IMG/VR virus record: IMGVR_UViG_2767802758_000001 | Location: 8,410-72,409 of that record | DNA length: 64,000 nucleotides | DNA from: a virus | Lineage: Duplodnaviria; Caudoviricetes | Reading direction: 5' to 3' (one strand) | Shown here: one piece after another, positions 55,401 to 64,000 of the stretch | How positions within the stretch are numbered: position 1 is the stretch's first letter | Layout of the letters: each line of letters begins with the position of its first letter | Notes under the pieces: model-generated | Seen by the model: the letters and a program-made list of their open reading frames with translations, nothing else | Database searches by the model: none | Told to the model about the DNA's origin: nothing | Translations under genes and position numbers: made by a program

Positions 55401-57417
55401 AGAAGGCCGGATCCAGGTTAATGCTCAGCAGATCAATACGGTTGCAGGCCAGGTGGACGATCCGGCAACGGGCCTTGGTGCATTGGGTTCCTCCGTGCAA
55501 TCCATGCGTACCCAGGTCCAGCAGTTGGAGGGCGGCCTGCGCTCCTTGTCTGACTCCACCACGGCGCTATCTAGCAAGGTCGATGGTCTGGATGCAGCGC
55601 AGCGTGGTTTGGCAACGGCCGTTAATTCTTTGGGTACACGTGTGACGGCGGCCGAGGGCAAGCTTGATGCACAAGCAAGCAGCATCACGCAGTTGACGAC
55701 CAGCGTGAACAGCGCCGATGCCAAAGCCGTTGCGGCGCAAGATGCGGCAGCGGCTGCCGCCACTGCCGCTGGGGCGAAAGGGGAGGTGATCTTTGCAACA
55801 GCAGCTCCTCCGGCTGCCAAGCGCCTGGCTCAAAATCTTTGGATCGACACTAAAAACAATGCCAATACCCCCAAGCGCTGGAATGGCAGTGCCTGGGTGG
55901 CTGTAACGGATAAAGCAGTAACGGACGCGGCAGCCGCTGCGGTGGCTGCAAAAGCTGCAGCAGATGCGGCGCAAGCCACCGCGAATCAGAAAGCGGATGC
56001 CAGTGCGGTACAAGCCTTAAGCAATCGTGTCACGGCGACAGAGCAGGGTGTCAGTGCGCAGGCGCAGAGCATTACAAAGCTGGAGACTGGGCTTGATTCG
56101 TTGACAGCCCCCGCCGGCAACTTGCTGCTGGCGTCGAACGTTGAGCAAGTTCGCGCCACACCTATATATCTATTTGGACGTTACAACCTGACTGAGGACT
56201 TTGTTCCTGCCCAGGGCTATACCTTGGTGGTCTGCTATACACATAAGCCCGCAGAGGGTGATACGGAGTCGAGTATTGGTGTGTGGGCGGGGGGCAGTTC
56301 AAATCGGGTTGCTGAGCTGGAGCGCAATGTTGAACAGTCTGTTCAGGTTGTCAGGTTCACCAAGGCTGCTGCCAATGCATTGCCGCGCGAATTGCGGTTC
56401 TACTATGGGCCATTCCCGGGCAATCATGCCGGTCAGGCAACTATCCATTGGGCAGCTTTGTATCTTGGTGATGTTGTACCCACCATGCAATGGCAGCCTA
56501 ACCTAGCTGAGTTGCTAGAGGAAACTTCCGCCAATTCCTCGGCTATTCAAGGGCTGACTAGTACGGTCACACAACAAGGCAGCTCCATCTCTTCTCAAGG
56601 GCGTGATCTGACGGCTTTGCAAAATGCCGTCAATGATCCCAAGACAGGTTTGGCAGCGACAGCGGGGGCCTTGAAAGAGACCAACTCTCGGGTGACTAGC
56701 GTAGAGGGTCAGCAAGAAGCCTTGGCTACCAGTCAGCTGGTGCTGAATGCAGAAATCAAACGCCAACAGGCGGGTGAGGATGCTGACCTGGAACGAGTGC
56801 TCAATCAGTTTGATACTCAGAAAGAGCAAACCCAGATTCGTGCGTCTCTGGCTGAGTTCAAGAATGTACAGGCTGACGATAATCGTGCGCTGGCTGAGTC
56901 TATTGCGACCTTGGAAACAGGTATTGGCAGTAATTCTGCGGCGGTTGAACAGGTTGCTCGTTCTTTGACGGAGCTGGATGGCAAGATTGCTTCCAGCTGG
57001 GGAGTGAAGCTGCAGGCTAATCAAAGTGGCGTGAAGTATGTCTCCGGTGTTGGTTTGGATTTGACCAATGAATCTGGCGTCATGCAGTCGACCTTTGCTG
57101 TTTTGGCAGATCGTTTTGCCGTGATGCATGCGGCTAATGGAAATCCTACAACTGTGTTTTCTGTCCAGGGTGGAACCAGCATATTGAACTCAGCCATGAT
57201 CGGCAATGCATCGATCCAGGCAGCGAAATTTTCTGATTGGCTAGAGTCTGATGCTAGAGGGCTAGATGGTCTGCCGGTATTGAGGATTAACTTTAGAACC
57301 GGTGAGATTCTCATGAACTCGCCCACTGATGATGGAGGTCGCATGATGATTAATAACCAGCTCATTAGAGTGATTGATGCTAATGGCGTGCTACGAGTAC
57401 GGTTGGGTCTATGGTAG
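52465..57417 (+). CDS. Central tail fibre/host specificity protein J
   Basis: Lambda J-like N-terminus, FN3, CBM5/12-like repeat, coiled coils, DUF1983-like C-terminus. Confidence 0.95.
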   Translation: MRLPDYNIAAPEGAVPVSGGYSVKGHKGGKGGGGSTRTPVEDADNLHSIAYASIVDLISAGPIHGFAHENSPLRSVYLDNTPIQNEDGSLNFQDVQMEFRAGTQDQSYIPGFPAAESATAVNVELRSDQPFTRAIQNIHISGLRVGLSVRGLKQQSKKTGDITGYRVEYVIELSTDNSAFVEVLRASFDGKTTQQYSRSHRIDLPRATTGWSVRVRRLTSNASNSTISDTTYIDSITEVTDAKLRRPMSACIGLRVNAKQFQSIPSRAFDLYLRVVRVPSNYDAWTHTYSGSWDGTFKMSWTDNPAWVFYDLATNACDGLGRLLPASWLDKWALYQIAQYCDEQVPDGKGGTEPRFSCNVYLQDKAEAWRVLQDLASVFRGIAYYAQGTVLAVADMPRDSVYTYSNANVVDGIFNYAGSSLATRYTVALVSWNDETDMGRAKVEVLEDPDGIARYGVRQLELTAFGCTSQGQAQRMGRSALFTSRMETETVTFGVGLSGTLAQPGQIIEIADAHLAGRRIGGLVRSATKSEVVLDATVKVAAGDRLTVVLPDGVSQSRPIVISSQEATETQTVQVDPPFSLEPEPEAAWAISAADLSTQKYRVISVAEDGDLKYTIHAVQYVDGKHAAIDYETRVETAPVSVVPPPVQSIPGNVSITSYHVIDQGQARHNAVISWDAVPNAVAYEVQWRRDNSEWVVVPRTGSTSVEIPGIYAGAYRARVRAINVLDVSSLWGNSDLIELSGKLLAPLPVTDLRTGSIPWGIQVKWSFPADPNIIERTEIRYSSTQSFVDSLSAGGFAYPTDSFEQTGLAVTAQHFFWARLIDKNGTQGPWFPAESEPGIRGVPSVLASDYNELITPSIVEGGLGELLMGDIRDIPKIRDSVGDLTLELGELNQRVDEVNGQVQELLLADKWDSKKAYAAGSVVFANDKMYRAKKAVPAGKKITDAAYWVLIGDFASITDGLAALAVQSQETISRVESAEGRIQVNAQQINTVAGQVDDPATGLGALGSSVQSMRTQVQQLEGGLRSLSDSTTALSSKVDGLDAAQRGLATAVNSLGTRVTAAEGKLDAQASSITQLTTSVNSADAKAVAAQDAAAAAATAAGAKGEVIFATAAPPAAKRLAQNLWIDTKNNANTPKRWNGSAWVAVTDKAVTDAAAAAVAAKAAADAAQATANQKADASAVQALSNRVTATEQGVSAQAQSITKLETGLDSLTAPAGNLLLASNVEQVRATPIYLFGRYNLTEDFVPAQGYTLVVCYTHKPAEGDTESSIGVWAGGSSNRVAELERNVEQSVQVVRFTKAAANALPRELRFYYGPFPGNHAGQATIHWAALYLGDVVPTMQWQPNLAELLEETSANSSAIQGLTSTVTQQGSSISSQGRDLTALQNAVNDPKTGLAATAGALKETNSRVTSVEGQQEALATSQLVLNAEIKRQQAGEDADLERVLNQFDTQKEQTQIRASLAEFKNVQADDNRALAESIATLETGIGSNSAAVEQVARSLTELDGKIASSWGVKLQANQSGVKYVSGVGLDLTNESGVMQSTFAVLADRFAVMHAANGNPTTVFSVQGGTSILNSAMIGNASIQAAKFSDWLESDARGLDGLPVLRINFRTGEILMNSPTDDGGRMMINNQLIRVIDANGVLRVRLGLW

Positions 57418-57513
57418 AGATGTTGATAGCGGCGGGAGTGGCTGGGGTTAGTGTAGCTGGTATGACCTATTTCCTGGTCATGCCCCATAGGAACAATGGA
57501 CAAGGACTCAGAT

Positions 57514-57825
57514 ATGTCACAAGGTTTGCAGACGTTCGGGCCTGATGGCTCTATTGAGCTGGACTTGAGCACTCAGATGCTCATTCATCAAGGAACCTTT
57601 GTAAGTAACCAATCTGTGGGCTCCTTTAACGTACCGGCGTTTAGAGGAGGACGAGGCTTTGTCACAGCCATTATTACTAGCTCGGAGCCTTATTACAATT
57701 TCTTGGTTTACGTGGACATGGAGTTGGTGGTTACTAATTTGGGGTTTACTTGGCAGCATAAAGTTAGTGACCACATACAAGAGAATTACCCGAACACCTA
57801 TACATTTATCTACGGGACCTACTGA
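57514..57825 (+). CDS. Tail tip accessory protein
   Basis: MSQGLQTFGPDG motif typical of post-J genes; lower GC. Confidence 0.7.
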   Translation: MSQGLQTFGPDGSIELDLSTQMLIHQGTFVSNQSVGSFNVPAFRGGRGFVTAIITSSEPYYNFLVYVDMELVVTNLGFTWQHKVSDHIQENYPNTYTFIYGTY

Positions 57826-58508
57826 TGACAACGGCAGGTATTCAGGTTATCAGTGATCATGGTAGCCAACAGATCACCTCTGAGACGAGTAATCTTAAAC
57901 TCATTGGCCGTTTCTGGCCTCATGAGACTAAAGTATCTCCACATTGGGAAACAGCACCAGCACGGGAGTCGGTATACGAGAACAGAGTATCTTTCTTCTC
58001 TCCGTCTTACCAAGCACCCTTAGTTTTCTTCCCTAACGACCAAGGCCCTTGTTGGCTTTCTGGTATTACTGATGACGGTGGTGGTAATTTCACCGTTTAC
58101 TGGACGAGTCTGCGAATGGGTACCAGCGTAGTTACTTATGGTCCGTTTCACGGTAGTAGTGATCGGGGAATTTTGGAAGTGTATAAAAGCGATGGCTCCC
58201 TGGCTTTCTCTACAGGCAGCAAGTTCCTGAAAATTGAGAGCATTTTCGGGCCGCAGACGGAGATATCAACGTGGGTAGGGCTGGGGGCTAAGGCCGTGGC
58301 GGCGTCTACCTATCCTTCTAGTTTCTTTATCTTTCCATCTGAGCCTGCTTACTGGAACAGGTATATGGGTTGGGTGTTTATTGATAATGGGCAGTTGAAG
58401 ACAAAAGCCACAAATCTGCATTCTACGATTTCAGCTCCTATTCTCTCAGCCATGGGGCCTAACTTATCCCCACGCTACTACACAGTCATTGATATTTCAG
58501 GAATTTAA
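57825..58508 (+). CDS. Tail tip accessory protein
   Basis: AGIQVISDHG and internal GILEVYKSDGSLAFST repeat; stop/start overlap. Confidence 0.7.
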   Translation: MTTAGIQVISDHGSQQITSETSNLKLIGRFWPHETKVSPHWETAPARESVYENRVSFFSPSYQAPLVFFPNDQGPCWLSGITDDGGGNFTVYWTSLRMGTSVVTYGPFHGSSDRGILEVYKSDGSLAFSTGSKFLKIESIFGPQTEISTWVGLGAKAVAASTYPSSFFIFPSEPAYWNRYMGWVFIDNGQLKTKATNLHSTISAPILSAMGPNLSPRYYTVIDISGI

Positions 58509-58567
58509 GTGGTTCTATCAATGGAATATTTCTAGCCGCCTGAAGCGGCTTTTTTTATGGGTGTTTA

Positions 58568-58768
58568 ATGAGTATTCACAAATCCATCGCGCAGGTTTTC
58601 GAGAACAACATGGGTAATCGCCTCACGCCAGAGTTGGCTGGCGGCATGATTCGTAGCCTGATCGATATTCTCGCCACGGGTGTACAGCAGGCCGGCGATT
58701 CTCAGCAGCAGATCGAGGCGGCATCTGAGGCCCAGCTTCAGCAGGAGGGCGGCAATGGCGTGGTATGA
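58568..58768 (+). CDS. Small conserved protein preceding tail fibre
   Basis: NMGNRLTPELAGGMI motif. Confidence 0.65.
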   Translation: MSIHKSIAQVFENNMGNRLTPELAGGMIRSLIDILATGVQQAGDSQQQIEAASEAQLQQEGGNGVV

Positions 58769-60242
58769 CGCAGGGACAGTCAAGGTCACTGTAAACAGCG
58801 CAACAGTGACGGGTACCGGAACCAAGTGGTTGGCCGGTGCCCGGCAGGGTGAGGCCTTTGTCGCGCCTGATGGCCGATTGTATGAGGTGTTGAACATTGC
58901 CTCTGATACCTCCCTGACGCTGACGAAACCCTATCGCGGTGCGACGGCTACGAGCCAGCTTTATGCTTTGGCCCCCATGCAAGGGTATGTCAAGGAGCTG
59001 GCAGATCGTGCAGCAGAATTACTGCCTGCACTTTCGGACGTAGGGACAGCTGCTAAGGGGACTCTGACGACATCGACGATAGACCCTATTACAGGGCGCG
59101 TGATGCGAAATGCTGATTGGGGATTTGGGGGAGCGAATGGCGTAGCTGCAGATCAGAATATCTTGAATAACACGGTCAATGGTATTTATCGATCGGGTTC
59201 TTCGGATGAAGGCAAGCCGGACAGACATACTGGCGGGGCCTATTTCAAGATGGGTTGGGGCTCAACATATTATGGCTTGCTGTATAACTCACCAATCACT
59301 GACAAATGGCATGTCCGCACAGTCAATAATGGAGCGGCAAATAGCTGGAAAGAGTTGGTGACGGTGGGAGCATATGGCCTTGGGTCTACGGGTGCTGGTG
59401 ACGTGGCAAGTGGTGACGCCTTTCCAGGTGGAAGTCTAGATACAGCGAGCGTCGGGTCTGGCCTGTACTATGTTCCACCGGCAGAAGCTCAGGCAAGTGG
59501 TCTGCCAGACCGCGTGCTAAAGCAAGGTGTTGTTATGCACCGTCAGTCAGGTTCTGGTGGTGGGCAGATTTTCGTGTCGTTCAACGGAGATATGGTTGTC
59601 CGAGGTCGCCGCTCCAACGGCTATAACGGCTGGCGAGAAGTGCTGACTGCTGGGTTGTATGGATTCGGCGGTGCCCAAGCCGTTCCTGAGTCTTGGGATG
59701 CGCAAAGAACTGGCTGGTACTACAAATCCGGCGCTAAGCCGGCCTGGGGTGGTGGGGCGTTTTTCCTAGATCTGGCCTATAACACAACCTACGTTAATTC
59801 CGGCTTGCGGATTTCGACTGATCCGTATACAGACAATTTCTATATGAACGGTGCGGTGTCTGGACAGAAAACGTATCGGGACGCCTGCAAGCTGGTTCAT
59901 GACAAAAACATTGTAGGTGATGTGACTGTTGGGTCTGTCATAAGTCAGGGGTCTAACGTTTCTGGTCAATGGGTTAGATTCGCTGATGGCACTCAGATTT
60001 GCTACGGCAATCAAAATTTTCCCGGCAATGGATGGAATGCCAAGCCTTGGCATTATCCCTTGGCATTCATATCCAGACCTGTCGTTACTGTCAGTGGTGG
60101 AGGCGACAATGGCGGATTTGCGGCAGCGCCAATTTTGGAGATCCAAAATACAGGAGTGATCTTCAGAAAAGTGACCGGTTCAGTTGAGAACGATAACTGG
60201 GCCGACTTTTTTGTAATTGCTATTGGAAGATGGAAAGCATGA
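58755..60242 (+). CDS. Side tail fibre 1
   Basis: MAWYDAGTV anchor, GxxGLG fibre repeats, C-terminal SNxxGxWxRFADGTQIC domain. Confidence 0.9.
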   Translation: MAWYDAGTVKVTVNSATVTGTGTKWLAGARQGEAFVAPDGRLYEVLNIASDTSLTLTKPYRGATATSQLYALAPMQGYVKELADRAAELLPALSDVGTAAKGTLTTSTIDPITGRVMRNADWGFGGANGVAADQNILNNTVNGIYRSGSSDEGKPDRHTGGAYFKMGWGSTYYGLLYNSPITDKWHVRTVNNGAANSWKELVTVGAYGLGSTGAGDVASGDAFPGGSLDTASVGSGLYYVPPAEAQASGLPDRVLKQGVVMHRQSGSGGGQIFVSFNGDMVVRGRRSNGYNGWREVLTAGLYGFGGAQAVPESWDAQRTGWYYKSGAKPAWGGGAFFLDLAYNTTYVNSGLRISTDPYTDNFYMNGAVSGQKTYRDACKLVHDKNIVGDVTVGSVISQGSNVSGQWVRFADGTQICYGNQNFPGNGWNAKPWHYPLAFISRPVVTVSGGGDNGGFAAAPILEIQNTGVIFRKVTGSVENDNWADFFVIAIGRWKA

Positions 60243-60357
60243 CGTTTAAGGCTATGACAGTGGTGCCTAGTTCTAATAATTCCCGCACATGCGGGTTTTT
60301 TTTAGTGCTGATTGTTTGTAGCCAGGTGGCAAGCATACGATACATAGGAGGATAGCA

Positions 60358-61593
60358 ATGGCTTGGTATACCGCCGGAACCGTCAAGGTCGCCGCAAACA
60401 ATGCCACAGTGATCGGAACTGGGACAAAGTGGCTCTCTGGAGCGCGTCGGGGTGAGGCATTTGTGGCACCTGATGGGCAACTTTATGAAGTAAAGAACAT
60501 TGCGTCAGACACGTCGTTGACGCTGACGCAGGTTTATCGAGGTGCGTCTGCTAGTGGTCAAGCCTATGCTCTGGCCCCCATGCAGGGCTACGTCAAGGAG
60601 TTGGCAGATCGGGTCGCTTCGCTGCTTTTGCTTTCCCAAACTGAATGGGAGTGGGATTCGGTTTTAAAAAAGACGGATCTGCAAGCCGCACCTAACGATC
60701 CGACAACCTGGAAAATCCTGACCAATGGTCGAGCATTTGGCTTGGGCAGTTTTGGGGCCGCAAACTCTTATGACCAGTGGCCCTCCGAGTCGCTTGACGA
60801 TATGAATGTCCCGGCAGGGATGTATTACGTGAGCACTGCAATCACAAACAGGCCGACAACGGCACCTGGTGTTGTATGGCATCGCCAGACGGGTACGGTG
60901 GGTGCGCAGATTTATATGTCCTCAGATGGTGGTTTGGTTCACCGAGGACGCCGGTCCGGAGCATATCGAGCCTGGTTGACCACTTTGAATGTAGGCGAGT
61001 TTGGATTGGGCGGTGCTACTACTACGCCATCCAATGGCAGGGACAGTTCCAATCCATTCGGCTGGTACTACCAAACGCGGGCAGTAACCTGGGGCGGTGG
61101 TTCGTTCTTCCTTGATATGCCCTATGGCAGCAATATGAATGCGGGGCTGCGCCTTTCTACTGATCCTTATAGCGATAATTTTTATTTGAATGGTGGGGTC
61201 TCGGGCAAGAGGGAGTACCGCCCAGCCTGCAAGCTGGTTCATGACAAGAATATTGTGGGTGACGTCGCAAAGGGCTCCGTTGTGCAGTCGGGGTCAAACT
61301 CGAATGGCAATTGGATACGGCTTGCTAATGGCACTCAAATTTGTCGCGGGCAAGTCACTTTTAGCGGTAATAGCTGGAAGCCCACCAGTCCGGTGATCGC
61401 TTACCCCATGGCATTTAATGCACCCCCTACGACGGTGATCCAGCCCTTGTCTGATGGCTCTGGATACTATGCCGTTCCTCAAATGGGGATGGGGTCTGGG
61501 TCGGGGAGTTTCTTTATTCGCGACACCCGCGGCATTGTGGATACCGGCACGAGTGCCGCCGTTGATTATGTAGCAATTGGAGTATGGAAATAA
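60358..61593 (+). CDS. Side tail fibre 2 (paralog)
   Basis: MAWYTAGTV anchor and the same C-terminal domain type with divergent tip. Confidence 0.9.
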   Translation: MAWYTAGTVKVAANNATVIGTGTKWLSGARRGEAFVAPDGQLYEVKNIASDTSLTLTQVYRGASASGQAYALAPMQGYVKELADRVASLLLLSQTEWEWDSVLKKTDLQAAPNDPTTWKILTNGRAFGLGSFGAANSYDQWPSESLDDMNVPAGMYYVSTAITNRPTTAPGVVWHRQTGTVGAQIYMSSDGGLVHRGRRSGAYRAWLTTLNVGEFGLGGATTTPSNGRDSSNPFGWYYQTRAVTWGGGSFFLDMPYGSNMNAGLRLSTDPYSDNFYLNGGVSGKREYRPACKLVHDKNIVGDVAKGSVVQSGSNSNGNWIRLANGTQICRGQVTFSGNSWKPTSPVIAYPMAFNAPPTTVIQPLSDGSGYYAVPQMGMGSGSGSFFIRDTRGIVDTGTSAAVDYVAIGVWK

Positions 61594-62009
61594 TGAACAT
61601 CATCATCAAACTATGCCCACAGGTCCCTGTGGGTACGGCCCAAAAGCTTAATCTTGAGCGTTTGGGCACCATCCTGAAAATTAATGAGCAAGAGCTTGGC
61701 TTGTCTTTTCTGTCTCCTGGCGACGTCCTGCCAGCCGGCGCAATCGAGCATCCCTTGTTGAAGCAGGCCACGGTTACGCGTCATGCTGACAGCATCGAGA
61801 TTGATGGTCTGCTTTTTCATATCGCAGCGGATCAAACAGCTCCGGCAGCGTGTTTTCCTGAACCGGTCGTGATTAGTGAGGATGGTCTGGTTGTATTACC
61901 CGAACAGTGCCCACCGCCAGTACCTGCTCCAGAACTGCCGCCTGAAACTGATTTTGAGACACATCCTGAGTCTGACATGAAGGAGGAAATCGATGCAGAT
62001 CAACATTGA
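61593..62009 (+). CDS. Tail fibre-associated protein
   Basis: LSPGDVLPAGAI motif; TAATG overlap with fibre 2. Confidence 0.65.
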   Translation: MNIIIKLCPQVPVGTAQKLNLERLGTILKINEQELGLSFLSPGDVLPAGAIEHPLLKQATVTRHADSIEIDGLLFHIAADQTAPAACFPEPVVISEDGLVVLPEQCPPPVPAPELPPETDFETHPESDMKEEIDADQH

Positions 62010-62418
62010 TAGCCGCAAGGTCGTGACTGCAGCGGCTCAGCTGCAGATCTATAAGGAAAATAAGATGACAGCTTTATCGGCAGCTTGCCGGGCAGCTATC
62101 AAGGAGGGATTTGAGTCCACGGTCCTGGGGGAGCTGCACCGATATCCCAGCAATGAAACTGATCAACTGAACCTGGCCAGTAGCCTGGCTGATTCTTTGC
62201 TGCCTGGCCTTGCTGCTGATTGGTCCACACCGTTTTGGTGCGCGAACCAGGCCGACGATTGGGCTATGCGTATGCATACGGCGGAGCAGATTCAGCAGTT
62301 GGGGCGAGAGGCCAAGGCACGTATTGTGAGCCTGATGCAGCGCAATGCGCTGCTGGCCGAGCAAGTTCAGCAAGCAAGCAGTAAAGCCGAAGTGGATCAG
62401 TTTGAGTGGTCTGTGTAG
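61993..62418 (+). CDS. DUF4376-like tail fibre chaperone
   Basis: GFESTVLGELHRYPSNETDQLNL...HTAEQIQQLG. Confidence 0.7.
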   Translation: MQINIDSRKVVTAAAQLQIYKENKMTALSAACRAAIKEGFESTVLGELHRYPSNETDQLNLASSLADSLLPGLAADWSTPFWCANQADDWAMRMHTAEQIQQLGREAKARIVSLMQRNALLAEQVQQASSKAEVDQFEWSV

Positions 62419-62538
62419 TCCGCATCGCAGTTTCGTGAATGTTGTTGCCCCGGCCCGCTTGAGCGGGTTTTTTTATGTCTGCTGCATCCATAAAAAGGAT
62501 GCAGCAGACAGGGCAAGTTTGATTAAGGAGAAGGGCCC

Positions 62539-62763
62539 GTGCTGAATAACGACGCCGCTCACCTACCCATAAGCACCGGTTCGGCCCTGCTTATTTATGG
62601 TTGGACCATGCAGGATTTTGTGCTGACTTTATGGGCGGCTTATGTGGTGATTTTGATCGTGACCAAGCTGCCCGAGTTCATTCGGGCGGCTGCGCGGATT
62701 GTGGGTGGGGTGCGGCAGGCCTGGCGCCAGCTCAAGGAGTGGAAGCATGGATCTGAAGACTAA
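62539..62763 (+). CDS. Holin
   Basis: Near-identical paralog of 35785-36009. Confidence 0.7.
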   Translation: MLNNDAAHLPISTGSALLIYGWTMQDFVLTLWAAYVVILIVTKLPEFIRAAARIVGGVRQAWRQLKEWKHGSED

Positions 62764-63205
62764 GTGGGGGGCGGGGGTGATCTCGGCGGCGATTGCTTTG
62801 GTTGCCGCTTGGGAAGGGCGCTCTTTGATCGCCTATGTGGACCCGGTGGGCATCCCGACCATTTGCGACGGCTACACGCAAGGGGTCAAGCTGGGGGATG
62901 TGGCCAGCCCGGCACATTGTGACGCTTTGACCGAGCAGGAGGTGCGTCGTGCTTTGGCTGTGGTGGATCGCTCTGTGAGCTATCCCTTGCCCGACGAAGT
63001 CCGTGTGGCACTGAGCAGCTTTGTCTACAACGTGGGGGCCGGGGCGTTTGCCAATTCCACTTTGCTGCGCAAGCTACGGGTTCAGGATATAGCCGGAGCA
63101 TGTCGGGAGCTAGACCGTTGGGTTTATGCCGGTGGCCGCAAATTGCGGGGGCTGGAGCGGCGGCGTCAGGCAGAGAGGCAGCTATGTCTATCAAGTCTGC
63201 TTTAG
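62747..63205 (+). CDS. Endolysin (GH24)
   Basis: WEGRSLIAYVDPVGIPTICDG. Confidence 0.95.
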   Translation: MDLKTKWGAGVISAAIALVAAWEGRSLIAYVDPVGIPTICDGYTQGVKLGDVASPAHCDALTEQEVRRALAVVDRSVSYPLPDEVRVALSSFVYNVGAGAFANSTLLRKLRVQDIAGACRELDRWVYAGGRKLRGLERRRQAERQLCLSSLL

Positions 63206-63657
63206 CAGGGGCTGCTGTTCTGGCAGCCCTTTTTTTATGGGGGGCGCTGTATGGCCAGGGGCAGTATCGCAAGGGCTATGAGCTGGCTCGCGCAGAGACC
63301 AGGGCGGCGCAGTTGCAGGCGGAAGTCCGTGCGCGCCTGATAGAACAACGATTACAAAAGGAGGTGGAGGATGTTCGAGTTACGTATCAAACACAGTTGG
63401 ATGCGGCCCAGCGTGCTGCTGTGGCTGCTCGCGCCGATCTTGACGGCTTGCGCGGCAAGCTCGCCGCCGCCAATGATCGTGTCGCCGCTCAGGCTGCCCG
63501 AGCCGGACAAACGCTGGATGCAAACGCCCGAATTGCCAGCGAGCTGCGCCACGTGGTCGGCCTGTGCGCAGAACGATATACAGAAATGGCAAGCGTTGCT
63601 GACGGATACAGGAGCGCTTTAGGTGGTTTGCAGGGGTACGTATTTAATGTGCGGTAA
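63184..63657 (+). CDS. rz: i-spanin (Rz)
   Basis: N-terminal TM plus coiled coil. Confidence 0.8.
   Translation: MSIKSALAGAAVLAALFLWGALYGQGQYRKGYELARAETRAAQLQAEVRARLIEQRLQKEVEDVRVTYQTQLDAAQRAAVAARADLDGLRGKLAAANDRVAAQAARAGQTLDANARIASELRHVVGLCAERYTEMASVADGYRSALGGLQGYVFNVR
63401..63622 (+). CDS. rz1: o-spanin (Rz1), embedded in Rz
   Basis: Lipobox LTAC; Pro-rich; CATWSAC. Confidence 0.8.
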   Translation: MRPSVLLWLLAPILTACAASSPPPMIVSPLRLPEPDKRWMQTPELPASCATWSACAQNDIQKWQALLTDTGAL

Positions 63658-63676
63658 TGCTGGCTGTGTTTGATAG

Positions 63677-64000
63677 TTATCGGTTTGAGCGAAAGTATTG
63701 CCAAGCGATTGCTCCAGCACCTATTCCGATCAGGGATCCGATAAATGCTGCCTTAAGTCGACTTAACAATGCGTCCTCGTTAAGCATGTCGAGTGTGGGC
63801 ACTCTTTGCATAGGGTCATATCTAAACCAAGGCCACCAGTAGTAAATCAATATAGCCAAAAAAATGAGGGCAATGACGCCAAAAACGCGTCCGTCCCAGA
63901 GGAGCGTATCTCTCAGTCCATTGACGATCAGTGTGGTAAAGAAGAGCCAGAGAAAGGCATAAAAGCCTACATTTAGCATAAGTGCCCAAGAGCTAAGCAT
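63677..64000 (-). CDS. Membrane protein, 5' end possibly outside the window
   Basis: Three hydrophobic segments; convergent with the lysis cassette. Confidence 0.6.
   Translation of the reverse strand: MLSSWALMLNVGFYAFLWLFFTTLIVNGLRDTLLWDGRVFGVIALIFLAILIYYWWPWFRYDPMQRVPTLDMLNEDALLSRLKAAFIGSLIGIGAGAIAWQYFRSNR

Larger units (their letters stand above)
41634..63657. mobile_element. Element 2: headless lambdoid tail plus lysis cluster (candidate F-type tailocin or domesticated prophage)
   Basis: cI-cro-O-P-Q followed directly by tail terminator, tube, chaperones, TMP, gpM/L/K/I/J, fibres and lysis; no int, terminase, portal or capsid. Confidence 0.85.

Noticed and set aside
58755-61593. Diversity-generating retroelement or invertible fibre shufflon
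   Set aside because: No reverse transcriptase, adenine-specific TR/VR pair, invertase or inverted cassette; both fibres are direct-oriented full genes
41634-63657. Gene transfer agent or capsid-forming satellite interpretation of element 2
   Set aside because: Both need head and packaging genes, which are absent; borrowing heads from prophage 1 is not excluded, but the tail terminator types differ

Overview
This window holds two adjacent lambdoid elements in a betaproteobacterial genome (Alcaligenaceae-like, probably Alcaligenes; inferred from gene content, not verified). (1) Positions 1-40465 are a near-complete siphoprophage whose left end lies outside the window. In order it carries a leftward early operon with a clear anti-CBASS acb2 gene, an immunity region with a non-cleavable CI, a LexA-controlled small gene (candidate antirepressor) and a low-GC three-gene GHKL-kinase/STAS/membrane cassette in the rexAB position. 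Then come replication, Q-like, head and tail genes, an SGNH tailspike, lysis, a GIY-YIG/TM cassette, a LexA-controlled SRAP operon and an integrase next to the 3' end of tRNA-Ile2(CAU). (2) Positions 41634-63657 are a second element with an S24-cleavable CI, cro, replication and Q-like genes, followed directly by a complete lambda-type tail operon, two tail fibres and a lysis cassette. It has no integrase, left arm, terminase, portal or capsid. This is the architecture of an F-type tailocin or domesticated prophage, unusual in keeping a replication module, and it is the top candidate for an undescribed system. All family assignments come from motif recognition by eye; no searches were run.
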